Shown in pieces: positions 1 through 8,778 of a stretch of 64,000 nucleotides of DNA (the stretch's first letter is position 1; the number at the start of each line of letters is the position of its first letter). Where the stretch lies: positions 8,696 to 72,695 of the forward strand of contig DASRUE010000106.1 in assembly GCA_035687895.1 (NCBI GenBank), written 5' to 3'. The DNA is from Bacteroidota bacterium. GTDB lineage: Bacteria; Bacteroidota; Ignavibacteria; UBA10030; UBA6906. The translations under genes and the position numbers were made by a program. The notes beneath the pieces are model-generated. The model saw only the letters and a program-made list of their open reading frames with translations, did not search any database and was not told the origin of the DNA.

Positions 1-798
1 AGGATTCCACAAATTGCGACGCCAACAACGAGACTGGTCTACTTCGAAACGCCGACCAACCCCACCCTCGGCATTGTTGACATCCGGGGGATAGTGTCAG
101 CAACGCGCACCGCTGCGCGGAAACACGGCAACCCGATCCTGACGATGATTGACAATACCTTCGCTTCGTCTCTCAACCAACAGCCATTTGACCTTGGCGT
201 TGATGCGGTCGTGGAAAGCGGCACCAAGTACCTCGGCGGGCACAGCGACATCATGGCCGGTGTTGTGGCAGGAACGGCAGAATTCGTGAAGGGTGTTCAC
301 ACCCAACTCAAGTACTACGGCGGCTGTGCGGATCCGTTTGCCGCCTACCTTCTTCTTAGAAGTCTGAAAACATTCGAGCTTCGCGTCTCACGGCAGAATA
401 ACAATGCGCACGCGCTTGCGACCTTCCTGGAAAAGCATCCCAAAGTCAACCGTGTCCTCTACCCGGGGCTCCGTTCACATCCCGACCATGCTGTTGCGAA
501 GCGACAGATGGCTGGCTCTGGCGGCAGAGGTTACGGTGGTATGGTGACAATCGAGGTAAAGGGTGGAGTGAAATCCGCGGTGAAGGTTTGCGACGCTCTC
601 CGCGTAGCCGTCAACGCCATGTCGCTCGGAGGGGTTGAGACACTTGTCAGTATACCTGTCTACTCTTCCCACGTCAATATGACAAAGGGAGAGCTCCGGC
701 GCCACGGCGTCACACCCGGCATGATCCGAATCTCCGTTGGTGTGGAAGGAGTGGAAGACTTGAAAAGGGACTTTGCGCAGGCGTTGGACCGTCTATAA
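1..798 (+). CDS. Cys/Met-metabolism PLP-dependent enzyme (cystathionine gamma-synthase / beta-lyase / methionine gamma-lyase family), 5' partial
   Basis: The frame is open from base 1 and translates ...VYFETPTNPTLGIVDI..., the hallmark motif of the family, with the SGTKYLGGHSD region where the PLP-lysine lies; stop at 796-798. The track ORF 94..798 (GTG) is the same frame. Confidence 0.8.
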   Translation, partial: RIPQIATPTTRLVYFETPTNPTLGIVDIRGIVSATRTAARKHGNPILTMIDNTFASSLNQQPFDLGVDAVVESGTKYLGGHSDIMAGVVAGTAEFVKGVHTQLKYYGGCADPFAAYLLLRSLKTFELRVSRQNNNAHALATFLEKHPKVNRVLYPGLRSHPDHAVAKRQMAGSGGRGYGGMVTIEVKGGVKSAVKVCDALRVAVNAMSLGGVETLVSIPVYSSHVNMTKGELRRHGVTPGMIRISVGVEGVEDLKRDFAQALDRL

Positions 799-952
799 AC
801 GCGATGACCACCTCGTGGTGAACGAACTTTCGTCTCTCAACACCTTTTGCCTCTGATCGAAGAACGCCGTTCCTTGATTCTCAGACGGTTTTTGGTTATT
901 ATTCTGAACCAAAAAAACCTCAAATCCCATCTGTACCAATCAATTACGGAGT

Positions 953-3319
953 ATGCGCAGTATGAGTTCAGCCGTGAAGTCAACCTACGTTTTTGCCCTG
1001 TGCGGTCTTATTCTGACGGTGGCTGGTTGCTCTCCGAAAGAGCACGATGCCATTGTGGCCAGGGTGGGAAGCACGCCGATCACTCTCTCGGACTACGAAG
1101 AACTATACATCAAGAGTAATGGTAGCCGCGAGCAAGCCGCAAAGTCCACGCAAGACGAGCGGGAGAAGTTCCTCCAGCTCGTGACAAAGTTCCGACTGAA
1201 GCTTGCAGACGCATACCGGGAGGGACTTGACAAAGACCCGACGCTTCAGAGTGAGATCAACATGTACAAGGGGAGCCTTGCTTCCTCGTTCCTAACCGAC
1301 CGCGAGGTTACCTCGCCGGGGGTGAAGCGGATGTATGACCGCCGCCAGACTGAGTTCCGCGCAAGCCACATCCTTCTCAATCTCACCGCCAACGCCACTC
1401 CCGAAGAATCAACTGCCACCTATTCGAAAGCGTATGAACTGATTGCGAAACTAAAGGCCGGCGCTGATTTCGGCGCCCTGGCGGTCGAACACTCGCAGGA
1501 CCCTTCTGCGAAGCAAAACAATGGCGACCTTTACTATTTCACTGCAGGACAGATGGTGCCCCCGTTCGAAGACGCTGTAATGGAAATGAAGATCGGTGAG
1601 ATCTCCAGCGCTCCGGTCCGGACTCAGTTCGGCTTGCATATCATCAAGCTGGTGGACAAAAAGCCGGTGCAGGGAGAGATCAAGTGCAGCCATATTATGA
1701 TCCGCTTTGAAAAGCAGGATCCGACTCCGGAAGATACGATTGCCACGCTCGATAAAATCAAGGCCATTCAAGACAGTCTGGCAAGGGGTATTGATTTTGC
1801 AGAACTGGCTATGCGCAACTCCGGCGATCCCGGTTCTGCCCCCCGCGGTGGAGACCTCGGGTGGTTTGCACGGCGCAGATGGATCCAGCCATTCGATGAG
1901 GTCGCTTTCACTCTAAAGCCAGGACGGGTTTCAGGGATTGTCAGGACGATTTACGGTTATCACCTGATCAAATGCTACGAAACAAAACCTCCAAAGAGCC
2001 TCGACGAAGCGCGCAAGGAAGTCCAGCAGTCCTATCAGCAGGTTCGGTTCCAGGACGAATACAACAAGTACATCGCCCTGTTGAAGCAAGAAACACAGTT
2101 TAAGCTGCACGAGGATGTGCTCGCACAGTTCTCCGCTTCCGTGGACTCCAACACCTCCACAAAGGATACCGCGTGGGCATCCGGCATCCCCGCTTCGCTC
2201 CGCACATCCCCCATGTTTTCTTTCGGAGCCAGGAAAGTCAGTGTGGATAGTGTTGTCTCTATCATCAACAGCCGACCCGATTTCGCCAACCTCCCGTTGC
2301 GCACAGCGGGGATCAAGTCCACCATCGACAAGATCGGTGAGCAGTTGGTGTTTGGTGTGAAGGCTGAAACCATCGACCGGGACTACCCCGAGTTTGCCGC
2401 CATCATGAAGGACTACAACGACGGGATCCTCCTTTATCAGATCGAACAGAATCGTGTGTGGAGCAAAGTCTCCGTTCAGGATTCTCTGTTACGCGTCTTC
2501 TTCGATGCAAACCGGGAGAAGTTCATGTTTCCCGATCGCGTGGATATCACGGAGATCCGTGCCTCCAACGACTCCCTCGCACAGCTGATCTACACACAAC
2601 TGAGGAGCGGAAAGACTATGGAGGAGATTGCAGGGGCCGACTCCGCGCGCGTGAGGATGCCCACCAGCTTCCAGACAATCTTCGCAGCTGGTTCCGCAAA
2701 GGTTTCTGCGCAGTCCGCCAGGGCTCTTGCAAGCGTCGCAGCGGAGTTGAAACAGGATGCGGGGCTGAAAGTGCAACTTATTACACACACCGACACCTCC
2801 TCTGCGAAGCGAGATCGAAGCGACAAGCTTGCAACCAAACGGTTCGATGCCATCAAGGCACACTTTGCAAAGAAACTCGGTATCCCAGAGTCACGTATAT
2901 TCACTGTCAGCAGGCCGGCTGTGAAATCCACGCAGACTGATGCGGTCGATAAGAACGAGAAGTTGTACCGGCGAGTGGATGTGGTGGTGATCGAGCGAAA
3001 GCCTCTTGTGCTCGGCAACGTGGATCGCCATGTTCTTGCCGTGACAACCGATGAACGAACGATGCGCGCTGACTCGCTGGATGCAGGCGAGTACACGGCA
3101 CCGTTCAGGTTCAAGAACAGCTATTCTGTTGTCCGCCTCAACATGAAAGACCCCATCCGGCAGAAGACTTTTGACGAGGCGGGGACGGAGGTATCGAGTG
3201 CATTCCAGGAATATGAGTCGAAACGCCTGGAAAAGGAGTGGGTGGATGGATTACGGAAACAGTACCCCGTTGTTGAATACCCCGAGGTGTTGAAGAACGC
3301 ATTTGCTCCCCACAACTAA
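953..3319 (+). CDS. SurA/PpiD-like lipoprotein peptidyl-prolyl isomerase with two parvulin (PpiC) domains and an internal OmpA-like peptidoglycan-binding domain
   Basis: The N-terminal lipobox is LILTVAGC. Two PpiC-type domains are present (..DLYYFTAGQMVPPFEDAV..GLHIIKL and ..GDLGWFARRRWIQPFDEVAF..GYHLIKC). Residues about 577-680 match the OmpA_C pattern (LITHTDTSSAKRDRSDKLATKRFDAIKAHF..LGIPESRI....YRRVDVVV). Confidence 0.75.
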   Translation: MRSMSSAVKSTYVFALCGLILTVAGCSPKEHDAIVARVGSTPITLSDYEELYIKSNGSREQAAKSTQDEREKFLQLVTKFRLKLADAYREGLDKDPTLQSEINMYKGSLASSFLTDREVTSPGVKRMYDRRQTEFRASHILLNLTANATPEESTATYSKAYELIAKLKAGADFGALAVEHSQDPSAKQNNGDLYYFTAGQMVPPFEDAVMEMKIGEISSAPVRTQFGLHIIKLVDKKPVQGEIKCSHIMIRFEKQDPTPEDTIATLDKIKAIQDSLARGIDFAELAMRNSGDPGSAPRGGDLGWFARRRWIQPFDEVAFTLKPGRVSGIVRTIYGYHLIKCYETKPPKSLDEARKEVQQSYQQVRFQDEYNKYIALLKQETQFKLHEDVLAQFSASVDSNTSTKDTAWASGIPASLRTSPMFSFGARKVSVDSVVSIINSRPDFANLPLRTAGIKSTIDKIGEQLVFGVKAETIDRDYPEFAAIMKDYNDGILLYQIEQNRVWSKVSVQDSLLRVFFDANREKFMFPDRVDITEIRASNDSLAQLIYTQLRSGKTMEEIAGADSARVRMPTSFQTIFAAGSAKVSAQSARALASVAAELKQDAGLKVQLITHTDTSSAKRDRSDKLATKRFDAIKAHFAKKLGIPESRIFTVSRPAVKSTQTDAVDKNEKLYRRVDVVVIERKPLVLGNVDRHVLAVTTDERTMRADSLDAGEYTAPFRFKNSYSVVRLNMKDPIRQKTFDEAGTEVSSAFQEYESKRLEKEWVDGLRKQYPVVEYPEVLKNAFAPHN

Positions 3320-4175
3320 GAACGTCTCCACGCTGAGCGCTCTGCTGCTCGTCGTCGGGATGGCGGGGTGTTCCCGGGATAGGCAGCAGAAGCCGTATGT
3401 TGCCCGCGTCGACCAGTCCTTTCTTACGGAGGAGGAGTTGGCCGCGGTGCACGATTCGCTGGGGGATGTCCGGGCACAAACCCGGGACTACATCAATGAG
3501 TGGATTGACACCGAGCTCCTCTATCAGGAGGCTGTGCGTCAGGGGCTGGCGGAAACGGAATCCCTTCGTCGCCAACTGGAGATCACCAGGAAACGCCTTG
3601 CCGTGGGTGCGTTGCTGGACAGGAATCTCTACACCGAGGACACCGCCGATGTTAGTGAGGACGCCATTCAGGCGTTGTACAATGCCGGGGGAGATGCGTT
3701 TCGCCTTCGCGAAGACGTGGTCAACATCAGCTTTGCACTCTTCGGTGAGCGGGATGTAGCCAACGCTTTTCGTTCAAGCCTCGTCCGTGGCAATGAATGG
3801 AGCGACGCACTTCGCCAGATACAAACAGATTCTCTCATGCGGTCGCTGTTGTTACAGGTCGCCGACAAGCAGTATTTTACACAATCAAATCTGTATCCCC
3901 GGGAACTCTGGAAGCTTGCCCGTACGTTGGGAAAGGGAGAGGTTTCCTTTGTTGTCAAAACTGACAATGGCTATTATGTCCTGACGGTTCACGGCATGAG
4001 GCGTCAGGGAGAGATGCCGGACCTCGAGTACATCCGGATGGAAATACGTGACAGGATCCTGATCGAACAACGCCGGGCGCGATATGAGAAGTTGGTTAAA
4101 GACCTCAGGGCAAAACACACAGTGGAAGTGCGCATACCCCTTGCCGACACAACGGCGGCGGTGACTGAGCAATGA
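3303..4175 (+). CDS. SurA N-terminal-domain-like lipoprotein chaperone with a degenerate parvulin-like C-terminal part
   Basis: TTG start per the track; lipobox LLVVGMAGC. SurA_N-like helical region, and the C-terminus ends ..[16 protein letters not shown], a parvulin-like fold end. Overlaps the previous stop by 17 bp and the next start by ATGA. Confidence 0.55.
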   Translation: MLPTTKNVSTLSALLLVVGMAGCSRDRQQKPYVARVDQSFLTEEELAAVHDSLGDVRAQTRDYINEWIDTELLYQEAVRQGLAETESLRRQLEITRKRLAVGALLDRNLYTEDTADVSEDAIQALYNAGGDAFRLREDVVNISFALFGERDVANAFRSSLVRGNEWSDALRQIQTDSLMRSLLLQVADKQYFTQSNLYPRELWKLARTLGKGEVSFVVKTDNGYYVLTVHGMRRQGEMPDLEYIRMEIRDRILIEQRRARYEKLVKDLRAKHTVEVRIPLADTTAAVTEQ

Positions 4176-5467
4176 AGAATAACACCATGAGGTGGTGGAT
4201 GATGAAGATTCGTGCGCGGATACTGATGTTCCTGTTGTGCGTCGTTTCTGTCTCCGGACAGGTGCTGGACAGGATTGTCGCGGTGGTCGATAACGATTTG
4301 ATACTTGAATCAGAATTGAATGCACAACTCCAATTTTTCATCTTCAACAACAAGCTCGACGCCAACACGCCGGGACTGAAAGAGCAGGTCCTTCAGTCCA
4401 TGATCAACGAGAAACTAATTGTGGCAAAGGCGATCGAGGACAGCGTGGTGGTGTCTGATGATGAGGTGCAGCAGCAGCTGGATGCCACCATTCAGCAGCG
4501 TGTGGCGCAGTTCGGCTCTGAGAGCAAACTCGAAGAAGTGTACGGAATGCCGATCAGCAGGATTAAGCGGGAGTTCCGTGATGAGATGCGGAAGAACCTT
4601 CTCGCCCAGCGCCTCCAACAGCAGCGGTTTGGCCAGGCACAGATCAGCCGGCGGGAGGTGGAGGAGTTTTTCGCACAGTATAAAGACAGTATCGGTCAGG
4701 TCCCTGAAGAAGTCGACCTCGCCCATATTGCAGTCAAGCTGAAACCTGGTACTGCGGCAAAAGCTGCCGGACGGGCCAAAGCGCAAACAATTCTCGACAG
4801 CGTAAAGGCCGGTGTTGATTTTGCGGAGCTGGCAAAACGGTATTCGGAAGACCCGGGCTCTGCGGCACAGGGCGGAGACCTTGGGTTCGTGCGGCGCGGA
4901 CAGTTTGTGAAGGAGTTCGAAACGGCTGTCTTCAGCCTCCAACCCAATCAGATCTCCGGCATCGTCGAGACGGATTTCGGTTACCACATCATCCAACTGT
5001 TGGAGCGCCGCGGCGACGCGGTCCACGCCCGCCATATCTTGATCCGGGTGGAGCGAACCGAGGCGGACAACCAGGCAATTATCGCATCTCTGGATTCTCT
5101 CCGGACCCGCGCGCTGAACGGGGAAGGCTTTGCCGAACTTGCCAAGAAATATTCCGAGAACGAAGAGACGGCCATCCTCGGGGGAAGTCTGGGGACTGCG
5201 GAGCTGCAATCCATTAACAAGAGTTTCTACCCCACCGTCGCGCCGATGAAGCAGGGTGAGATCAGCAAACCGGCGCGGCTTGCGGAAGGGGGCTTTGATG
5301 GATACCATATTGTCTTCATGAAGCGGCGTACTCCCGCTCATCCTATTTCCCTCGAACAAGATTACCACCGGCTCGAAGCGCTGGCATTGAACTACAAAAA
5401 GACACATGAGTACAGCGCATGGCTTGAGGAGTTGAGGGGAAAGATCTACTGGCAGTCACGCCTTTAG
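4172..5467 (+). CDS. surA: periplasmic chaperone / peptidyl-prolyl isomerase SurA (signal peptide, SurA_N and two PpiC domains)
   Basis: Signal peptide [20 protein letters not shown]; SurA_N-like region; two parvulin domains (..[29 protein letters not shown] and ..[31 protein letters not shown]). Confidence 0.8.
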   Translation: MKNNTMRWWMMKIRARILMFLLCVVSVSGQVLDRIVAVVDNDLILESELNAQLQFFIFNNKLDANTPGLKEQVLQSMINEKLIVAKAIEDSVVVSDDEVQQQLDATIQQRVAQFGSESKLEEVYGMPISRIKREFRDEMRKNLLAQRLQQQRFGQAQISRREVEEFFAQYKDSIGQVPEEVDLAHIAVKLKPGTAAKAAGRAKAQTILDSVKAGVDFAELAKRYSEDPGSAAQGGDLGFVRRGQFVKEFETAVFSLQPNQISGIVETDFGYHIIQLLERRGDAVHARHILIRVERTEADNQAIIASLDSLRTRALNGEGFAELAKKYSENEETAILGGSLGTAELQSINKSFYPTVAPMKQGEISKPARLAEGGFDGYHIVFMKRRTPAHPISLEQDYHRLEALALNYKKTHEYSAWLEELRGKIYWQSRL

Positions 5468-5492
5468 CAGGAAGGAATCGACGTTGGCGAAA

Positions 5493-6491
5493 ATGCAGGT
5501 AGCTGTGAGCACGAACGATATTGATGCCGCGCATCAGTTGAAGGATTCCTACGACGCGCTCCGGCGCGAGATCGCCAAGGTCATCGTCGGTCAGGACAGG
5601 ATTGTTGAACAGTTGTTGATTGCCCTCCTCGCCCGAGGCCACTGTCTGCTGGTCGGAGTACCGGGCCTCGCCAAAACCCTCCTGATCCGGACGCTCGCTC
5701 AGGTGCTCGATCTGAAATTCAATCGCATCCAGTTCACCCCGGACCTGATGCCAAGCGACATTACCGGCACCGAGATCATCGAAGAAAACACCTCCACCGG
5801 TGCCAAGACGTTCAAGTTCATCCAAGGCCCCGTCTTCGCCAACATCGTCCTTGCAGACGAGATCAACCGGACTCCTCCGAAGACACAGGCTGCACTGCTC
5901 GAAGCCATGCAGGAGCACCACGTTACTGCCGCCGGACAGACGCACACCCTCCAGGAGCCCTTCTTCGTCCTTGCAACCCAGAACCCCATCGAGCAGGAGG
6001 GAACGTATCCCCTGCCGGAAGCCCAGCTCGATCGGTTCATGTTCAACCTCTGGCTTGACTATCCATCGCGGGGCGAGGAACTGCAGATCGTCAAGTCCAC
6101 CACCAGTCTGTTCGTTCCACAACTCAACCACATCCTGACCGGCAACCAGATCATGGGGTTTCAGGATTTGATCCGACGTGTCCCGGTAGCCGACAACGTC
6201 ATTGAGTACGCGGTTCACCTGACCACACGCTCGCGGCCGAAGATGGAACATGCGCCGCAGTTTATCAAAGATTGGTTAAGCTGGGGCGCGGGTCCACGTG
6301 CGTCGCAGTACCTGATCCTCGGCGCCAAGACACGTGCACTCCTCACCGGGCGCCACACGCCGGACATCGACGACGTGCGACGGATGGCCGGCCCTGTCCT
6401 TCGCCACCGCATCGTGCCGAACTTCAACGCAGAAGCTGACGGCGTGTCGAGCATCGACATCGTCGAGCGGCTCGTGAAGGAAACGACCTAG
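5493..6491 (+). CDS. MoxR-family AAA+ ATPase
   Basis: Walker A LLVGVPGLAKT, Walker B VLADEINR, and the MoxR-specific motif ..FFVLATQNPIEQEGTYPLPEAQLDRF. ATG at 5493; the alternative TTG at 5484 is in frame. Confidence 0.85.
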   Translation: MQVAVSTNDIDAAHQLKDSYDALRREIAKVIVGQDRIVEQLLIALLARGHCLLVGVPGLAKTLLIRTLAQVLDLKFNRIQFTPDLMPSDITGTEIIEENTSTGAKTFKFIQGPVFANIVLADEINRTPPKTQAALLEAMQEHHVTAAGQTHTLQEPFFVLATQNPIEQEGTYPLPEAQLDRFMFNLWLDYPSRGEELQIVKSTTSLFVPQLNHILTGNQIMGFQDLIRRVPVADNVIEYAVHLTTRSRPKMEHAPQFIKDWLSWGAGPRASQYLILGAKTRALLTGRHTPDIDDVRRMAGPVLRHRIVPNFNAEADGVSSIDIVERLVKETT

Positions 6492-6566
6492 GCGTTTCGG
6501 ATCGCGGAGTTCGGGTTGCGGATTGGTGAATCCACGATTCGAGGTCCGCAATCCGCAATCACTCCC

Positions 6567-8723
6567 ATGCCCAGCATCGAACTCGCTTTCACCACATCTG
6601 TCGTCACCGTCCTCCTCCTGCTCCTGCTTGCTGCTGGTATTGCGTGGTTTTTCTACCGGTACACACTCCCGCCGGTTGCTCCCGGCAAGAGACTCCTTCT
6701 CACCTTTCTTCGCACTGCGTCACTCTTCCTTTTACTTGCGCTGCTGTTTGAGCCTCTCCTCAGACTTGTCTTCACATCCACGCAGCCGCCGGTGCTTGCT
6801 GTGTTGGTAGACAACAGCAAGAGCATGGGGATCACGGACAAGGCCGGAAGCCGCAAAGAACAACTCCTTGCTACGCTCGGCAACAGCGCGCTCAAGCAGG
6901 TAGGAACAAAAGGCGATCTCGCATTCTATCTCTTCGGTGCCGGGCTGCGATCGAGCGGAGTACCGACTGCCGATACGATCACGACTGTTGAGGATGCAAC
7001 CGACATCTCTTCCGCTCTCACGCAGCTTGGAGACGAGAAGGACCGGCTCAACATACATTCCGTTCTCCTGTTAACAGACGGCGCATACAACCTCGGACAG
7101 AATCCTCTCTATGCCGCTGAACAGCTATTGTTGCCGATTTATGCCGTCGGCATTGGCGATTCCTCAGAACAGAAGGATGTCCTGATCTCCAAAGTCGTGA
7201 CCAACGAACTTGTCTACAACGAGACCACCGTTCCTGTGAATGTGACGATTCGGAGCTCCGGCTACAACGGGGAGCGCGTGGAGGTGACGCTGCGTGAAGG
7301 AGAAAAAGAAGTGAGTCGTTCGACGGTCACGCTGAGAGAAGGAACCCGGGAATACCAGACCCAGCTCTCGTACGTCCCGACGGGAGAGGGAACGAAAAAG
7401 TACACGGTACGCGTGTCGTCTCTTCCTCAGGAGTTAACGGCCAACAACAACCAGAGGTCGTTCTTCGCCAAAGTCATGAAGAGCAAGGTGCGCGTTGTGA
7501 TGATCGCCAGTGCTCCGGGCTCCGATGTTGCCGTCCTCCGACAGACGTTGGTGGAGGAAAAGAATATCCAAGTACGATCGTTTGTTCAGAAAGGACAAAC
7601 GGGGTGGTATGAAGCATCGGTCACTCCTGCGGTTGTGGATTCCGCCGACTGTCTGCTGTTGGTCAACTTCCCCTCCTCCACCACGAGTCCCGCAACAATG
7701 GACCTTGTGCGTCAGGCGGTCATTCAGAATCACACGCCGATGTTGTTCGTTGCCGGGAGAAATGTGGATGATGCAATGTTGCGGACGCTCGGCCCTGCCC
7801 TTCCGTTCACCACCGTCAGCCTCTCCCCCGTTGAGCAATACATGTTCTTCAAACCAGCCGATGCGCAGAAGAGCAATCCTATCCTCGGGGGAACCGGGCC
7901 GGATGTTTGGAGCCGCATGCCGCCTCTCTTCAAGACACAGTCCACATATAAGGCAAAGCCTGAAGCCACCATCCTTGGATACACGCAGATCCAGACTGTT
8001 GCCCTAAGTGAGCCTTTCATGTTGACGCGGAACGTGAACAGGCAGAAGTCGCTGGCTGTGCTTGCTTATGGATTGTGGCGTTGGCGGCTGATGGCACAGG
8101 GGAACCCCGAGACCTCTCAGCTCCTCTCGACATTTCTCGCCAACAGCATCCGCTGGCTGACAACACGGGATGACAGCAGACCTGTAAAGGTCACCACCAC
8201 GAAGGATGCGTACACTCAAGGAGAGCCGGTCGAGGTTGTGGGGCAGGTGTACGATGCCAACGCGCAACCCGTCGATAACGCCGAGATGCGGGTCCGCGTG
8301 CAGCAGGGGACGAATGAGTTCGAGACCACCTTGCGTCCGCTGGGAAGCGGAAGATATGAAGGGGCAATCGACGGGCTTGGAGAGGGCGACTACACTTTTC
8401 GCGCAACTGCACAGACGGGCGGGCAGCCGCTGGGCGAAGATCGGGGACGGTTTTCTGTGGGAGAGCTGAACCTGGAGTTTCAGGATACACGGATGAATGC
8501 CGGACTTCTCCGCCAGCTCGCCCACCGAACCGGGGGAGAATTCTTCGCACCCGATCAGATCTCCGAACTTCCACCAAAGCTATCCGCGCAACCTTCCTTT
8601 GCACCACGGGATGTTGTCCACACCCGTGCGTTTGAGCTCTGGAATTGGCGGTACACGCTTGCTCTCATAGTTTTGCTTCTTGGGTTGGAGTGGTTTCTCC
8701 GCAAACGGAGCGGGATGCTGTAA
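6567..8723 (+). CDS. vWA-domain membrane protein with an N-terminal double-TM anchor (BatA-like, usual partner of MoxR)
   Basis: Two N-terminal hydrophobic helices, a MIDAS motif DNSKS in LAVLVDNSKSMGITD, a C-terminal TM helix, and position immediately after MoxR. ATG at 6567 is preferred; TTG at 6516 is in frame. Confidence 0.7.
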   Translation: MPSIELAFTTSVVTVLLLLLLAAGIAWFFYRYTLPPVAPGKRLLLTFLRTASLFLLLALLFEPLLRLVFTSTQPPVLAVLVDNSKSMGITDKAGSRKEQLLATLGNSALKQVGTKGDLAFYLFGAGLRSSGVPTADTITTVEDATDISSALTQLGDEKDRLNIHSVLLLTDGAYNLGQNPLYAAEQLLLPIYAVGIGDSSEQKDVLISKVVTNELVYNETTVPVNVTIRSSGYNGERVEVTLREGEKEVSRSTVTLREGTREYQTQLSYVPTGEGTKKYTVRVSSLPQELTANNNQRSFFAKVMKSKVRVVMIASAPGSDVAVLRQTLVEEKNIQVRSFVQKGQTGWYEASVTPAVVDSADCLLLVNFPSSTTSPATMDLVRQAVIQNHTPMLFVAGRNVDDAMLRTLGPALPFTTVSLSPVEQYMFFKPADAQKSNPILGGTGPDVWSRMPPLFKTQSTYKAKPEATILGYTQIQTVALSEPFMLTRNVNRQKSLAVLAYGLWRWRLMAQGNPETSQLLSTFLANSIRWLTTRDDSRPVKVTTTKDAYTQGEPVEVVGQVYDANAQPVDNAEMRVRVQQGTNEFETTLRPLGSGRYEGAIDGLGEGDYTFRATAQTGGQPLGEDRGRFSVGELNLEFQDTRMNAGLLRQLAHRTGGEFFAPDQISELPPKLSAQPSFAPRDVVHTRAFELWNWRYTLALIVLLLGLEWFLRKRSGML

Positions 8724-8747
8724 CCCTGCGACACCACCGGAAACACA

Positions 8748-8772
8748 AGAGCCAGTCACTTCGACTGGCTCT
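8748..8772. terminator. bidirectional stem-loop between convergent vWA gene and gyrA
   Basis: Perfect 10-bp inverted repeat AGAGCCAGTC-acttc-GACTGGCTCT lying between the two convergent stop codons. Confidence 0.5.
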
Positions 8773-8778
8773 TTACAC

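Noticed and set aside
866-900. GAACG-c-CGTTC dyad and a downstream TTTTTGG after the PLP-enzyme gene, as a possible terminator.
   Set aside because: The stem has essentially no loop and the U-tract is not adjacent, so it is not convincing.
6523-6810. 95-aa alternative-frame ORF at the 5' end of the vWA membrane protein gene.
   Set aside because: It is a Ser/Leu/Cys-rich translation of the region encoding the TM helices in the correct frame, and is spurious.
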